Source of the DNA: a virus
Reading direction: 5' to 3' (one strand)
IMG/VR virus record: IMGVR_UViG_3300032224_001146
Location: 23,194-87,193 of that record
Length of the DNA: 64,000 nt
Shown here piece by piece: positions 57,275 to 64,000 of this stretch. The notes beneath the pieces were generated by a model. That model was not told where the DNA came from, searched no databases, and saw only the letters and a list, made by a program, of their open reading frames with translations. Both the position numbers and the translations under genes were made by a program. Every line of letters begins with the position of its first letter. The first letter of the stretch is position 1.

Positions 57275-57822
57275 GTAAAGACGTATGGCTAAATGCCAAT
57301 AAAGAAAATGCAGGAGACTTAATCCTTACTGGATATACTGGACCTTTTCAAGACATGCCAGTATATGATGAAATTAGATCGCTATTTGGACATGGATCAA
57401 TAGCTCTAGATTTTGGATGCGGGGTAGGAAGAAACTCTGTAGCCCTATCAGATACATATGATAAGGTTATTGCTTTTGATTTGCCAAGTATGATAAGTTT
57501 GGTTCCAGTAGATAATAAACTAAGCAATATAGAATATACAACCGACTGGGATTATGTAAAATCTTTTAAGTTTGATACTGTATTGGCAAGCCTTGTTTTT
57601 CAGCATATAGAAGATTCAGAACTAGATTCCTATCTAAAAGATTTGTCTCAAATAGCGGACAGACTAGTTCTTCATAGCAGAACATGGATTGATCATTCAG
57701 CATCACAGGTCTTGCCAATTGTAGAACAATATTTTATAATTGACACCATAGAGTATTCAAGAGATCCTAACAATCCAATTGAAGATCATTTTATTGCAAC
57801 ATTAAACAAAAAGGTGGACTAA
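57271..57822 (+). CDS. Class I SAM-dependent methyltransferase
   Basis: 'ALDFGCGVGRN', 'VIAFD', 'FDTV....VFQHI'. Confidence 0.8.
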   Translation: MSKDVWLNANKENAGDLILTGYTGPFQDMPVYDEIRSLFGHGSIALDFGCGVGRNSVALSDTYDKVIAFDLPSMISLVPVDNKLSNIEYTTDWDYVKSFKFDTVLASLVFQHIEDSELDSYLKDLSQIADRLVLHSRTWIDHSASQVLPIVEQYFIIDTIEYSRDPNNPIEDHFIATLNKKVD

Positions 57823-58151
57823 TGTTAAAGCCAGTATTTGAAGATGTCACGCAGTTTAATTGCAATGACCTGTATTTGCATTCAGTAGGTGCTCCGTCTG
57901 GAAATAAAATTTGGTCAGCATGCCATGAAATTGCACACCTTCTTATTGAAAAGAATATATCTTATGGAGATTCAGCTTTGAACCCTGCAAGAATATTTTC
58001 ACAGTCGGGACCAACAGAACAACTAAAGGTTCGCATTGATGATAAGCTTAATAGAGTTATGAATAATCAAGGATATGCTGGCGATAATGATATTGATGAT
58101 TTAATTGGATATTTAATTCTTTATAAGATTGCCAACGCTGAATCAAATTGA
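57822..58151 (+). CDS. Nucleotide-modification-associated (DUF1599/Nmad-like) helical protein
   Basis: 'LLIEKN..YGDS', 'VRIDDKL.R', 'D.DDLIGY.IL'. Confidence 0.6.
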   Translation: MLKPVFEDVTQFNCNDLYLHSVGAPSGNKIWSACHEIAHLLIEKNISYGDSALNPARIFSQSGPTEQLKVRIDDKLNRVMNNQGYAGDNDIDDLIGYLILYKIANAESN

Positions 58152-58176
58152 CATTTTAGTCAACTAAAAGTATACT
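58148..58176 (+). promoter_or_regulatory. Sigma70-type promoter (TTGACA-17-TATACT), probably leaderless
   Basis: Consensus hexamers. ATG at 58183 lies 6 nt after the -10. Confidence 0.7.
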
Positions 58177-58182
58177 TATATA

Positions 58183-58719
58183 ATGAGTGAAATAGAGATA
58201 GCTGACCATTTTGACCGCATGAACAAGGTCATTACAGAGTCGCTAAAAGGTAGCAACCCAACTCAAATTGCATCTATCACTGGCATAAAGCGAGCCGAAG
58301 TTCTAGATCTTATTGAAGAATGGAAGGGCGTTGTTAAAAACGATTCCAGCATAAGAGATAGAGCAAAAGAAGCCCTGGTGGGGGCAGATGAACATTACAA
58401 CATGCTTATTAAAGAAGCATGGAGAACCGTAGAGCAGGCAGATCTTGCTGATGCTTTAAACGTTAAATCTGGAACATTAAAACTTATTGCAGATATTGAA
58501 GCTAAAAGAATTGGCATGCTTCAGTCCGTAGGTGTTCTTGAAAATACAGAGATAGCTTCTCAAATTGCTGAAACAGAACGCAAGCAAGAAATCCTTGTAA
58601 AGATATTAAGGGAAGTAACATCTTCATGCCCTAAATGTAAGATGGATGTAGCAAAAAGATTGTCACAAATTTCTGGCGTTGTTGAGCCAATTGTGATTGA
58701 GGAAGCTAGTGGAATTTGA
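58183..58719 (+). CDS. HTH protein, probable terminase small subunit
   Basis: N-terminal HTH 'NPTQIASITGI.RAEV', helical body, directly upstream of the large subunit. Confidence 0.55.
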   Translation: MSEIEIADHFDRMNKVITESLKGSNPTQIASITGIKRAEVLDLIEEWKGVVKNDSSIRDRAKEALVGADEHYNMLIKEAWRTVEQADLADALNVKSGTLKLIADIEAKRIGMLQSVGVLENTEIASQIAETERKQEILVKILREVTSSCPKCKMDVAKRLSQISGVVEPIVIEEASGI

Positions 58720-60505
58720 TTTCAATGATCTCATTGATATGCTGGATGGCGAAGAGTTTGAAGAACGCCCAGTTGATTTGCGTACATTTGTAACAAGTCC
58801 AGAATATTTAGCCCTACCGCCATTATCTGATTTGCAATATATTTTAATTGAAAAGTCTTCTCAAATTTACAAAGAAGCAACGCTAAAGAAACTTTTTGGC
58901 GACGAAGAAGGCGGACGAAGATTTAAGCAAACTTGTAATGAAGTTATTGCTCAACTAGGTAAAGGTTCTGGAAAAGATTACTCCTCAACCATCGCTACCG
59001 CATACATAGTTTATTTGTTGTTATGTTTAAAAGATCCAGCAACATATTATGGAAAGCCTCCTGGTGATTCAATTGACATCCTTAACATTGCTATTAACGC
59101 ACAACAGGCAAACAATGTTTTCTTTAAAGGATTTAAAACACGTATTGAAAGATCACCATGGTTTGCTGGAAAATATGAATCAAAAGCTTCTGAAATGAAA
59201 TTTGATAAAGCAATTACAGTTCACTCAGGCCACTCAGAAAGAGAAGCTTGGGAAGGATATAACGTAATTATTGTGATCCTTGATGAGATTTCAGGTTTTG
59301 CTATTGAAAGCACATCTGGGCATGATCAAGCAAAAACAGCTGACGCATTGTATGATATGTATCGTGCATCGGTTATGTCACGTTTTCCAGACTTCGGTAA
59401 GGTTATCCTACTTTCATTTCCACGTTTTAAAAACGATCCAATTCAAAAATTTTATGAGTCAGTCATTGGAGAAAAAGAAACTATCTTAAGAAGCAAGACA
59501 TTAAAGATGGATGACGATCTTCCAGACGGAACAGAAGGAAATGAAGTAACAGTTGAATGGGAAGAAGACAATATTGTGTCTTATCTTTATCCTAAGACAT
59601 ATGCGTTAAAACGTCCAACATGGGAAGTAAACCCAACTAAAAAAATTGAAGATTTTAAAGTAGACTTTTATAAGAATATGCCAGATGCATTAGGTCGTTT
59701 TGCTTGTATGCCATCTGATGCAATTGATGCTTTCTTTAAGTCTAGAGAAAAAGTTGAAACTGCATTTAGTAATGCTGGTATTGCCGTAGATCAATTTGGA
59801 AGACTTGAGTCGTGGTTTAAGCCACAAGTAGATGTTGATTACTTCATACACGTTGACCTTGCACAAAAGCATGACCATTGTGCAGTTTCTTTAGCTCATG
59901 TTAAAGACTGGGTTAATGTTAAAGTAACTAATGAATATTCTCAACCAGCACCTATTGTAGAAGTAGATGCAGTAATGTATTGGACTCCAACAGCAGAAAA
60001 ATCAGTAGACTTTACTGAGGTTAAAGACTATATTCTTTCTTTAAAGAGTGCTGGATTTAATATAAAGATGTGTACCTTTGACAGATGGAACTCTCATGAT
60101 ATGATGCAACAACTAAAACAATATGGCATCAATACAGAGATTCTATCTGTCGCTAAAAAACATTATGATGATATGGCCATGGTTGTTCTTGAAGAAAGAA
60201 TTAAAGGCCCACACATAAAGTTGTTAATTGATGAACTACTTCAACTCAGAATTATGAGAGACAAAGTAGATCACCCAAGAAAAGGTTCAAAGGACCTTGC
60301 GGATGCTGTTTGTGGATCAGTCTACAACGCAATCTCAAGAACTTTTGTTCCAACAGATAGAGAAATAAAAATACATACTTATGAGTCAATGAGCTACGAG
60401 GCAGATTTTGGACCTTCTAAAGAAGAGTCTTACAATCTTATTAAGCCTCCAAAGCAAATGCCCAATGACTTGCAAGACGCAATAGGAAGAATGATGATGC
60501 TATGA
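58709..60505 (+). CDS. terL: Terminase large subunit
   Basis: Walker A 'LGKGSGKD', Walker B 'VILDE', nuclease motifs 'HVDLA..HD', 'TFDRWNS', 'DHP..GSKDLADA'. Confidence 0.9.
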   Translation: MEFDFNDLIDMLDGEEFEERPVDLRTFVTSPEYLALPPLSDLQYILIEKSSQIYKEATLKKLFGDEEGGRRFKQTCNEVIAQLGKGSGKDYSSTIATAYIVYLLLCLKDPATYYGKPPGDSIDILNIAINAQQANNVFFKGFKTRIERSPWFAGKYESKASEMKFDKAITVHSGHSEREAWEGYNVIIVILDEISGFAIESTSGHDQAKTADALYDMYRASVMSRFPDFGKVILLSFPRFKNDPIQKFYESVIGEKETILRSKTLKMDDDLPDGTEGNEVTVEWEEDNIVSYLYPKTYALKRPTWEVNPTKKIEDFKVDFYKNMPDALGRFACMPSDAIDAFFKSREKVETAFSNAGIAVDQFGRLESWFKPQVDVDYFIHVDLAQKHDHCAVSLAHVKDWVNVKVTNEYSQPAPIVEVDAVMYWTPTAEKSVDFTEVKDYILSLKSAGFNIKMCTFDRWNSHDMMQQLKQYGINTEILSVAKKHYDDMAMVVLEERIKGPHIKLLIDELLQLRIMRDKVDHPRKGSKDLADAVCGSVYNAISRTFVPTDREIKIHTYESMSYEADFGPSKEESYNLIKPPKQMPNDLQDAIGRMMML

Positions 60506-60753
60506 CAAATATATATCAGCAAAGAGCAAAAGAGTGTGTATGTTGTGGAAAGCATGTACCCATGCCAACAGTCTTAAGAGACTTTCATGGAGTAATGTTA
60601 TGTCCAACTACTTATGCAAATGTAATAGAGTATACTAGGATGTGGAAGCAAATTGGTTCCCGCCCTACTGGTAGTATTAGAAAACATTTTTCTGAATACG
60701 TTCAGCAACTTGCAGAAGATGCTATTGACAAAACTGAGGTCGAAAAGCTATAA
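60502..60753 (+). CDS. Small Cys-containing hypothetical protein
   Basis: CVCC...LCP, with ATGA overlap. Confidence 0.55.
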   Translation: MTNIYQQRAKECVCCGKHVPMPTVLRDFHGVMLCPTTYANVIEYTRMWKQIGSRPTGSIRKHFSEYVQQLAEDAIDKTEVEKL

Positions 60754-60754
60754 T
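60725..60754 (+). promoter_or_regulatory. Sigma70-type promoter (TTGACA-18-TATAAT) for the tRNA
   Basis: Perfect hexamers ending about 10 nt upstream of the tRNA 5' end. Confidence 0.7.
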
Positions 60755-60763
60755 TGGCTAACC

Positions 60764-60837
60764 GTGGCAATAGCCAAGTTGGTCAAGGCTCCGAACTCAT
60801 AATTCGGTTATCGTAGGTTCAAATCCTACTTGCCGCA
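60764..60837 (+). tRNA. tRNA with CAT anticodon (elongator Met or Ile2)
   Basis: Acceptor GTGGCAA/TTGCCGC, D arm GCC..GGC, anticodon arm CCGAA-CTCATAA-TTCGG, T arm GTAGG-TTCAAAT-CCTAC. No encoded CCA. Confidence 0.9.
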
Positions 60838-60848
60838 CAAGGAGAAAG

Positions 60849-61163
60849 ATGGACGAAGAGATGTCAGAGTTAGACCATTTAATTGAGATTGGTGCAGTTG
60901 AAATTGTTGGTGTGGACGAAAGCGGAGAGTTCATATTGGGTATTACTGAGCTTGCTAAAGAAGTGGCTCCAGATCTATGGAATGCACATGTTGCACATGT
61001 AGATGAAACTTTATTAGAGTTATACGACAAAGGTTTAATGAAGGTTGATTATGATGAAAATCTAGAAGCTTCATTTTGTTTATCAGAAGAAGGATTACAG
61101 GTTGCAAGGGAACACGGCTTGCTACCAATGGATATTAGTTTAGAAGATTTACCAGATAACTAG
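60849..61163 (+). CDS. Acidic hypothetical protein (winged-helix-like)
   Basis: SD AAGGAG, 104 aa. Confidence 0.6.
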   Translation: MDEEMSELDHLIEIGAVEIVGVDESGEFILGITELAKEVAPDLWNAHVAHVDETLLELYDKGLMKVDYDENLEASFCLSEEGLQVAREHGLLPMDISLEDLPDN

Positions 61164-61171
61164 GAGATAAG

Positions 61172-61618
61172 ATGGAACAGTTAATTAATCAACTTAAGTT
61201 GGTACAGGGTAATGTTGCAGTAATGTACACAAAAGCTCATGGGTACCATTGGAATGTAGAAGGCATTTTGTTTAAGCCAATGCATGCATTTTTACTTGAA
61301 ATTTATGAGGATGTTTATAGCAGCCTTGATACATTTTCAGAACATATGAGAAAGCTTGGAGTATATGCTCCATATAGAATGGATGAGTGGATGGCTAATT
61401 CAAACATGGCTTATGAAACAATTGCTTACTCACCACTTCAAGTCATGCAAAGTTTAGAAGCAACTAATATGATTATGATTGAATCTTTAAATGGATTATT
61501 TACAATGGCAAATAATTCTAACGAGCAAGGTCTTGCAAATTTTGTTGCAGAAAGAATTGATCAGCACAAGTTCTGGGATTGGCAAATTAAAGCAACTCTT
61601 AAAACAACAGTATCATAA
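61172..61618 (+). CDS. dps: Dps / ferritin-like DNA starvation protein
   Basis: 'K.H.YHWNVEG..F...H.F...Y......D...E..R.LG', 'H....W'. Confidence 0.88.
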   Translation: MEQLINQLKLVQGNVAVMYTKAHGYHWNVEGILFKPMHAFLLEIYEDVYSSLDTFSEHMRKLGVYAPYRMDEWMANSNMAYETIAYSPLQVMQSLEATNMIMIESLNGLFTMANNSNEQGLANFVAERIDQHKFWDWQIKATLKTTVS

Positions 61619-61699
61619 TTAAATAAGTAATATAATTATCCTGTAGGTGCTAACCCCCCTACGCATTCGGGCTCGCTACTTTAGGATGATTATGGTTAC

Positions 61700-61727
61700 G
61701 TAAAGGCTAAGGAAACTTAGCCTTTAC
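61700..61727 (+). other. Perfect 12-bp hairpin with GAAA tetraloop
   Basis: GTAAAGGCTAAG-GAAA-CTTAGCCTTTAC immediately 5' of tRNA-Arg. Confidence 0.7.
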
Positions 61728-61731
61728 TTAT

Positions 61732-61804
61732 GCCTTCGTAGCTCAGGGGATAGAGCGAGACTCTTCTAAGGTCTGCGTCGCAGGTTCGATTCCTGCCGAG
61801 GGCA
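61732..61804 (+). tRNA. tRNA-Arg (TCT)
   Basis: Acceptor GCCTTCG/CGAGGGC, D arm GCTC..GAGC, anticodon arm AGACT-CTTCTAA-GGTCT, T arm GCAGG-TTCGATT-CCTGC. No encoded CCA. Confidence 0.93.
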
Positions 61805-61808
61805 CAAA

Positions 61809-61817
61809 TGCTATAAT
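61809..61817 (+). promoter_or_regulatory. Extended -10 promoter (TGCTATAAT)
   Basis: Upstream of the CHAP gene, which has SD AAGGAG. Confidence 0.55.
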
Positions 61818-61848
61818 AATAGTATAAGGCCAACAAAGGAGAAATAAA

Positions 61849-62373
61849 ATGGCAGAAGAGACAAGACACCCAAATGCAGTAAAAGTTTTAGCAGCAGCAA
61901 AAAAGTATGCTGATGAAAAATATGCAGAGGGTCCAAATAACGATACAATTTTTGGTAAGCGTTATGGAATGAATAACCAACCTTGGTGTGCAATGTTTGT
62001 ATCAGGATGTTTTGATGATGCAGGATTAGTTCACCTAGTCGCTGCTTCAACAAAGAAGGGCTTTGCATCATGTGATGCAGGAGCACAGTGGTTTGCAAAG
62101 AACAAAAGAATTGTTCCAATTGGTCAAGCACAGCCAGGAGATATTGTATTCTTTAACTTTGATAAGAACCCAACAGACACAGAACATGTTGGAATTGTTT
62201 ACTCAAATGATGGAAAGAACCTAATTACTTTTGAAGGAAATACTAGCGGTGACGCAAAGGGATCTCAAGCAAATGGAGACGGTGTTTTCAAAAAGAAGAG
62301 AGCTTACAGCCTTGTAATGGCAGTTGCACGTCCAGATTGGGATGCACCAGCACCAGTAAAGAAGGTTAAGTAA
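61849..62373 (+). CDS. CHAP-domain peptidoglycan hydrolase (endolysin-like)
   Basis: 'PWCAMFVS', 'PGDIVFF', 'HVGIV', 'EGNT'. Confidence 0.88.
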   Translation: MAEETRHPNAVKVLAAAKKYADEKYAEGPNNDTIFGKRYGMNNQPWCAMFVSGCFDDAGLVHLVAASTKKGFASCDAGAQWFAKNKRIVPIGQAQPGDIVFFNFDKNPTDTEHVGIVYSNDGKNLITFEGNTSGDAKGSQANGDGVFKKKRAYSLVMAVARPDWDAPAPVKKVK

Positions 62374-62375
62374 TT

Positions 62376-62900
62376 ATGAAAAAGTTGGGACTAACAGTAA
62401 TTGGATTATCAATAGTCCTATCAACATTTCAAGCAAGTGCAGCAACACCAGATTGGGTAGTTCAGGATAAAAAAGTTACTCCTGGGGCTATCAATAAAGA
62501 TGTTACACAGGCAAACATTGCTACAACTGTTTGTAAGGTCGGATGGACAAAAACAATTCGTCCAACTGTTACTTATACAAACAAGTTAAAAGATACTCAA
62601 TTAGCAACAACATATAAATCATATGTTGCAATTTGGGGTTCAAAGCCATCTGCATATGAAGAAGATCATTTAATTTCTCTTCAGCTTGGCGGAAATCCAT
62701 CAGACCCTAAAAATTTATGGCCAGAGCCATATGCAGGAATTGGTGCAAGAAAGAAAGATGTTACTGAGACTGCATTAAAGCGTTTGGTATGTGATGGAAC
62801 AATGAAATTGGTTGATGCTCAAAAAGCAATTTTAGATTGGCCTACAGCCTATAAGAAATATGTAAAGCCAACAGATAAGCCAGACACTTCCGATAACTGA
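62376..62900 (+). CDS. Secreted HNH (His-Me finger)-like nuclease
   Basis: Signal peptide 'MKKLGLTVIGLSIVLSTFQASA'. 'YEEDHLISLQLGG.P.D..NLWPEP...KD..E..L...VC'. Confidence 0.65.
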   Translation: MKKLGLTVIGLSIVLSTFQASAATPDWVVQDKKVTPGAINKDVTQANIATTVCKVGWTKTIRPTVTYTNKLKDTQLATTYKSYVAIWGSKPSAYEEDHLISLQLGGNPSDPKNLWPEPYAGIGARKKDVTETALKRLVCDGTMKLVDAQKAILDWPTAYKKYVKPTDKPDTSDN

Positions 62901-62907
62901 AAGTAAA

Positions 62908-62916
62908 TGCTATAAT
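62908..62916 (+). promoter_or_regulatory. Extended -10 promoter (TGCTATAAT)
   Basis: Upstream of the structured hsp20 leader. Confidence 0.6.
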
Positions 62917-62980
62917 ATATAGGTACCTGCCTTCGGGGGGTACCTATATTACTTTATTCGCTTAAAAAGGAGGAATAAAA

Positions 62981-63409
62981 ATGGTAACAACATTTACTAC
63001 GGATCTTTTTAATGATCCTTTTTTCATCGGGTTCAATCGTGATTTTGACAAGCTGTCTAGAATCCATACCCATGCCACAGGAAATAACTATCCACCATAC
63101 AATGTAATCAAGACTGATGACGAAGATCTATTCTACGTTGAAGTTGCGGTTGCTGGATTTTCAAAAGAAGACCTTGAAGTAACTGCTAATGAGCAAGTTC
63201 TTACTGTTAAAGGTGAGATCAAATCTTCTGAAGATGATGAGCCAAAGTATGCTTATCGTGGAATTGCTGCAAGAAAGTTTACTCGTGAATTTGCCCTTGG
63301 TGAATTTGTTGAGGTAACTAGTGCAACAGTTGAAAACGGAATGTTAAAGATCACACTTGAGCGTATTGTCCCAGAAAACAAAAAGCCAAGAACAATTAAG
63401 ATCAAGTAA
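62981..63409 (+). CDS. hsp20: Small heat-shock protein (Hsp20/IbpA family)
   Basis: 'NYPPYNV', 'E.AVAGF....LEV', 'YRGIA.RKF.REF.L', 'A..ENG.L.I.L.R..PE..KPR.I.I'. Confidence 0.93.
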   Translation: MVTTFTTDLFNDPFFIGFNRDFDKLSRIHTHATGNNYPPYNVIKTDDEDLFYVEVAVAGFSKEDLEVTANEQVLTVKGEIKSSEDDEPKYAYRGIAARKFTREFALGEFVEVTSATVENGMLKITLERIVPENKKPRTIKIK

Positions 63410-63413
63410 CATT

Positions 63414-63451
63414 AAGGACCTGAGCATGTCCTTTTCTAAACTGCTCTTTTT
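63414..63451 (+). ncRNA. Candidate H-type pseudoknot RNA element
   Basis: Stem 1 AAGGAC/GTCCTT. Loop GAGCA pairs with downstream TGCTC. Followed by a T run. Confidence 0.5.
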
Positions 63452-63466
63452 AATAGAAAGATAAAC

Positions 63467-63655
63467 ATGCCAGTATACGAATACAAATGCAGTCAAGATG
63501 ATGCACATGCAACACTTGCTGTAACAAGATCAATATCAGAAGATGATCCAAGCTACACATGTGAAGAATGTAATGCACAAATGATTAGACACTTCACTCC
63601 TTTTGGTATACAGTTTAAAGGTGCTGGCTTCTATAAAACAGATAATCCTAAATGA
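63467..63655 (+). CDS. FmdB-family zinc-ribbon protein
   Basis: 'MPVYEYKC...C..C...M.R......I.FKG.GFY.TD'. Confidence 0.85.
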   Translation: MPVYEYKCSQDDAHATLAVTRSISEDDPSYTCEECNAQMIRHFTPFGIQFKGAGFYKTDNPK

Positions 63656-63660
63656 TGTAA

Positions 63661-63669
63661 TGGTATAAT
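63661..63669 (+). promoter_or_regulatory. Extended -10 promoter (TGGTATAAT)
   Basis: Upstream of the final ORF. Confidence 0.5.
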
Positions 63670-63712
63670 TATAATACAAGCACAACTTTGTGCCTTGTGT
63701 TGGAGAGTCTAG

Positions 63713-64000
63713 TTGACTAAGAAAGTAAAGCTATTATTTGCCAGCCTTTTTGTAATAGGTTGGCTTTTTCTATTTCCAATTAAATCTGCTCATGCTGATG
63801 AAGTCCCAGCACCAGCCGAACAAGTAGTAGTAAGTCCTGCACAACAAGCGGTTAACACAGCACTTGCTACAGCAACTACAGAGGTTGCACAAGCAGTTGC
63901 GGCTTCAGAGACAGCCACAGCAACAGTTGCAACGGCAGTAACTTTAGTTACAGCATCAAATACAGCAGTAGCAACAGCCAATACCGCAGTAACAACAGCA
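63713..64000 (+). CDS. Secreted Ala/Thr/Val-rich protein, 3'-truncated (not in the ORF track)
   Basis: SD GGAG with TTG start. Reads MTKKVKLLFASLFVIGWLFLFPIKSAHA-DEVPAPAEQ..., open to the window end. Confidence 0.65.
   Translation, partial: MTKKVKLLFASLFVIGWLFLFPIKSAHADEVPAPAEQVVVSPAQQAVNTALATATTEVAQAVAASETATATVATAVTLVTASNTAVATANTAVTTA

Noticed and set aside
43095-58163. Shared operator made of TGAC/GTCA inverted repeats at promoters (43095, 44031, 58148)
   Set aside because: Spacing and orientation differ between sites, and TTGAC is simply the -35 box. Not enough to call a regulon.
46262-60505. Inteins or introns in DnaB, DnaE, RecA or TerL
   Set aside because: Protein lengths are normal, motifs are contiguous, and no intein C/HN junction or LAGLIDADG motif was seen.
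60797-61030. Minus-strand 77-aa ORF
   Set aside because: It overlaps the tRNA antisense (VGFEPT is the typical tRNA shadow) and a + strand gene.
61805-61848. HDV-like (theta) ribozyme downstream of the tRNAs
   Set aside because: The sequences 3' of both tRNAs are short and AT-rich, with promoter/SD content and no nested double-pseudoknot pairing.
1277-63981. Numerous short minus-strand and alternate-frame ORFs in the track
   Set aside because: They are shadows of long, motif-bearing + strand genes, with no convincing SD or protein motifs.
1-64000. Stop-codon reassignment
   Set aside because: Long ORFs tile the window under the standard code, and TAA, TAG and TGA all terminate genes. No suppressor tRNA was found.

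Overview
A 64-kb, AT-rich, densely coding segment of a large tailed dsDNA phage. It is siphovirus-like: HK97-type head, TP901-type tape measure and no sheath gene seen. Essentially all real genes are on the + strand. Order: (1) 1-16 kb, an accessory virion/tail-appendage region built from duplicated modules, containing a U32-family Fe-S enzyme fused to a SAM methyltransferase and a multi-pass membrane protein; (2) 16-44 kb, the head-neck-tail operon (portal, protease/scaffold, capsid, tail tube, frameshifted tail chaperone, 2040-aa tape measure, minor tail proteins); (3) 44-58 kb, replication and recombination (metallophosphoesterase, DnaB, primase, SSB, DnaE, MazG-like, RecA, Cas4-like, RuvC-like); (4) 58-64 kb, terminase, two tRNAs, Dps, CHAP lysin, a secreted HNH-like protein, Hsp20 and several candidate structured RNAs. 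Gene order, PASTA domains and apparently leaderless promoters suggest an actinobacterial host (inference). All product calls come from motif recognition by eye; no database search was run.
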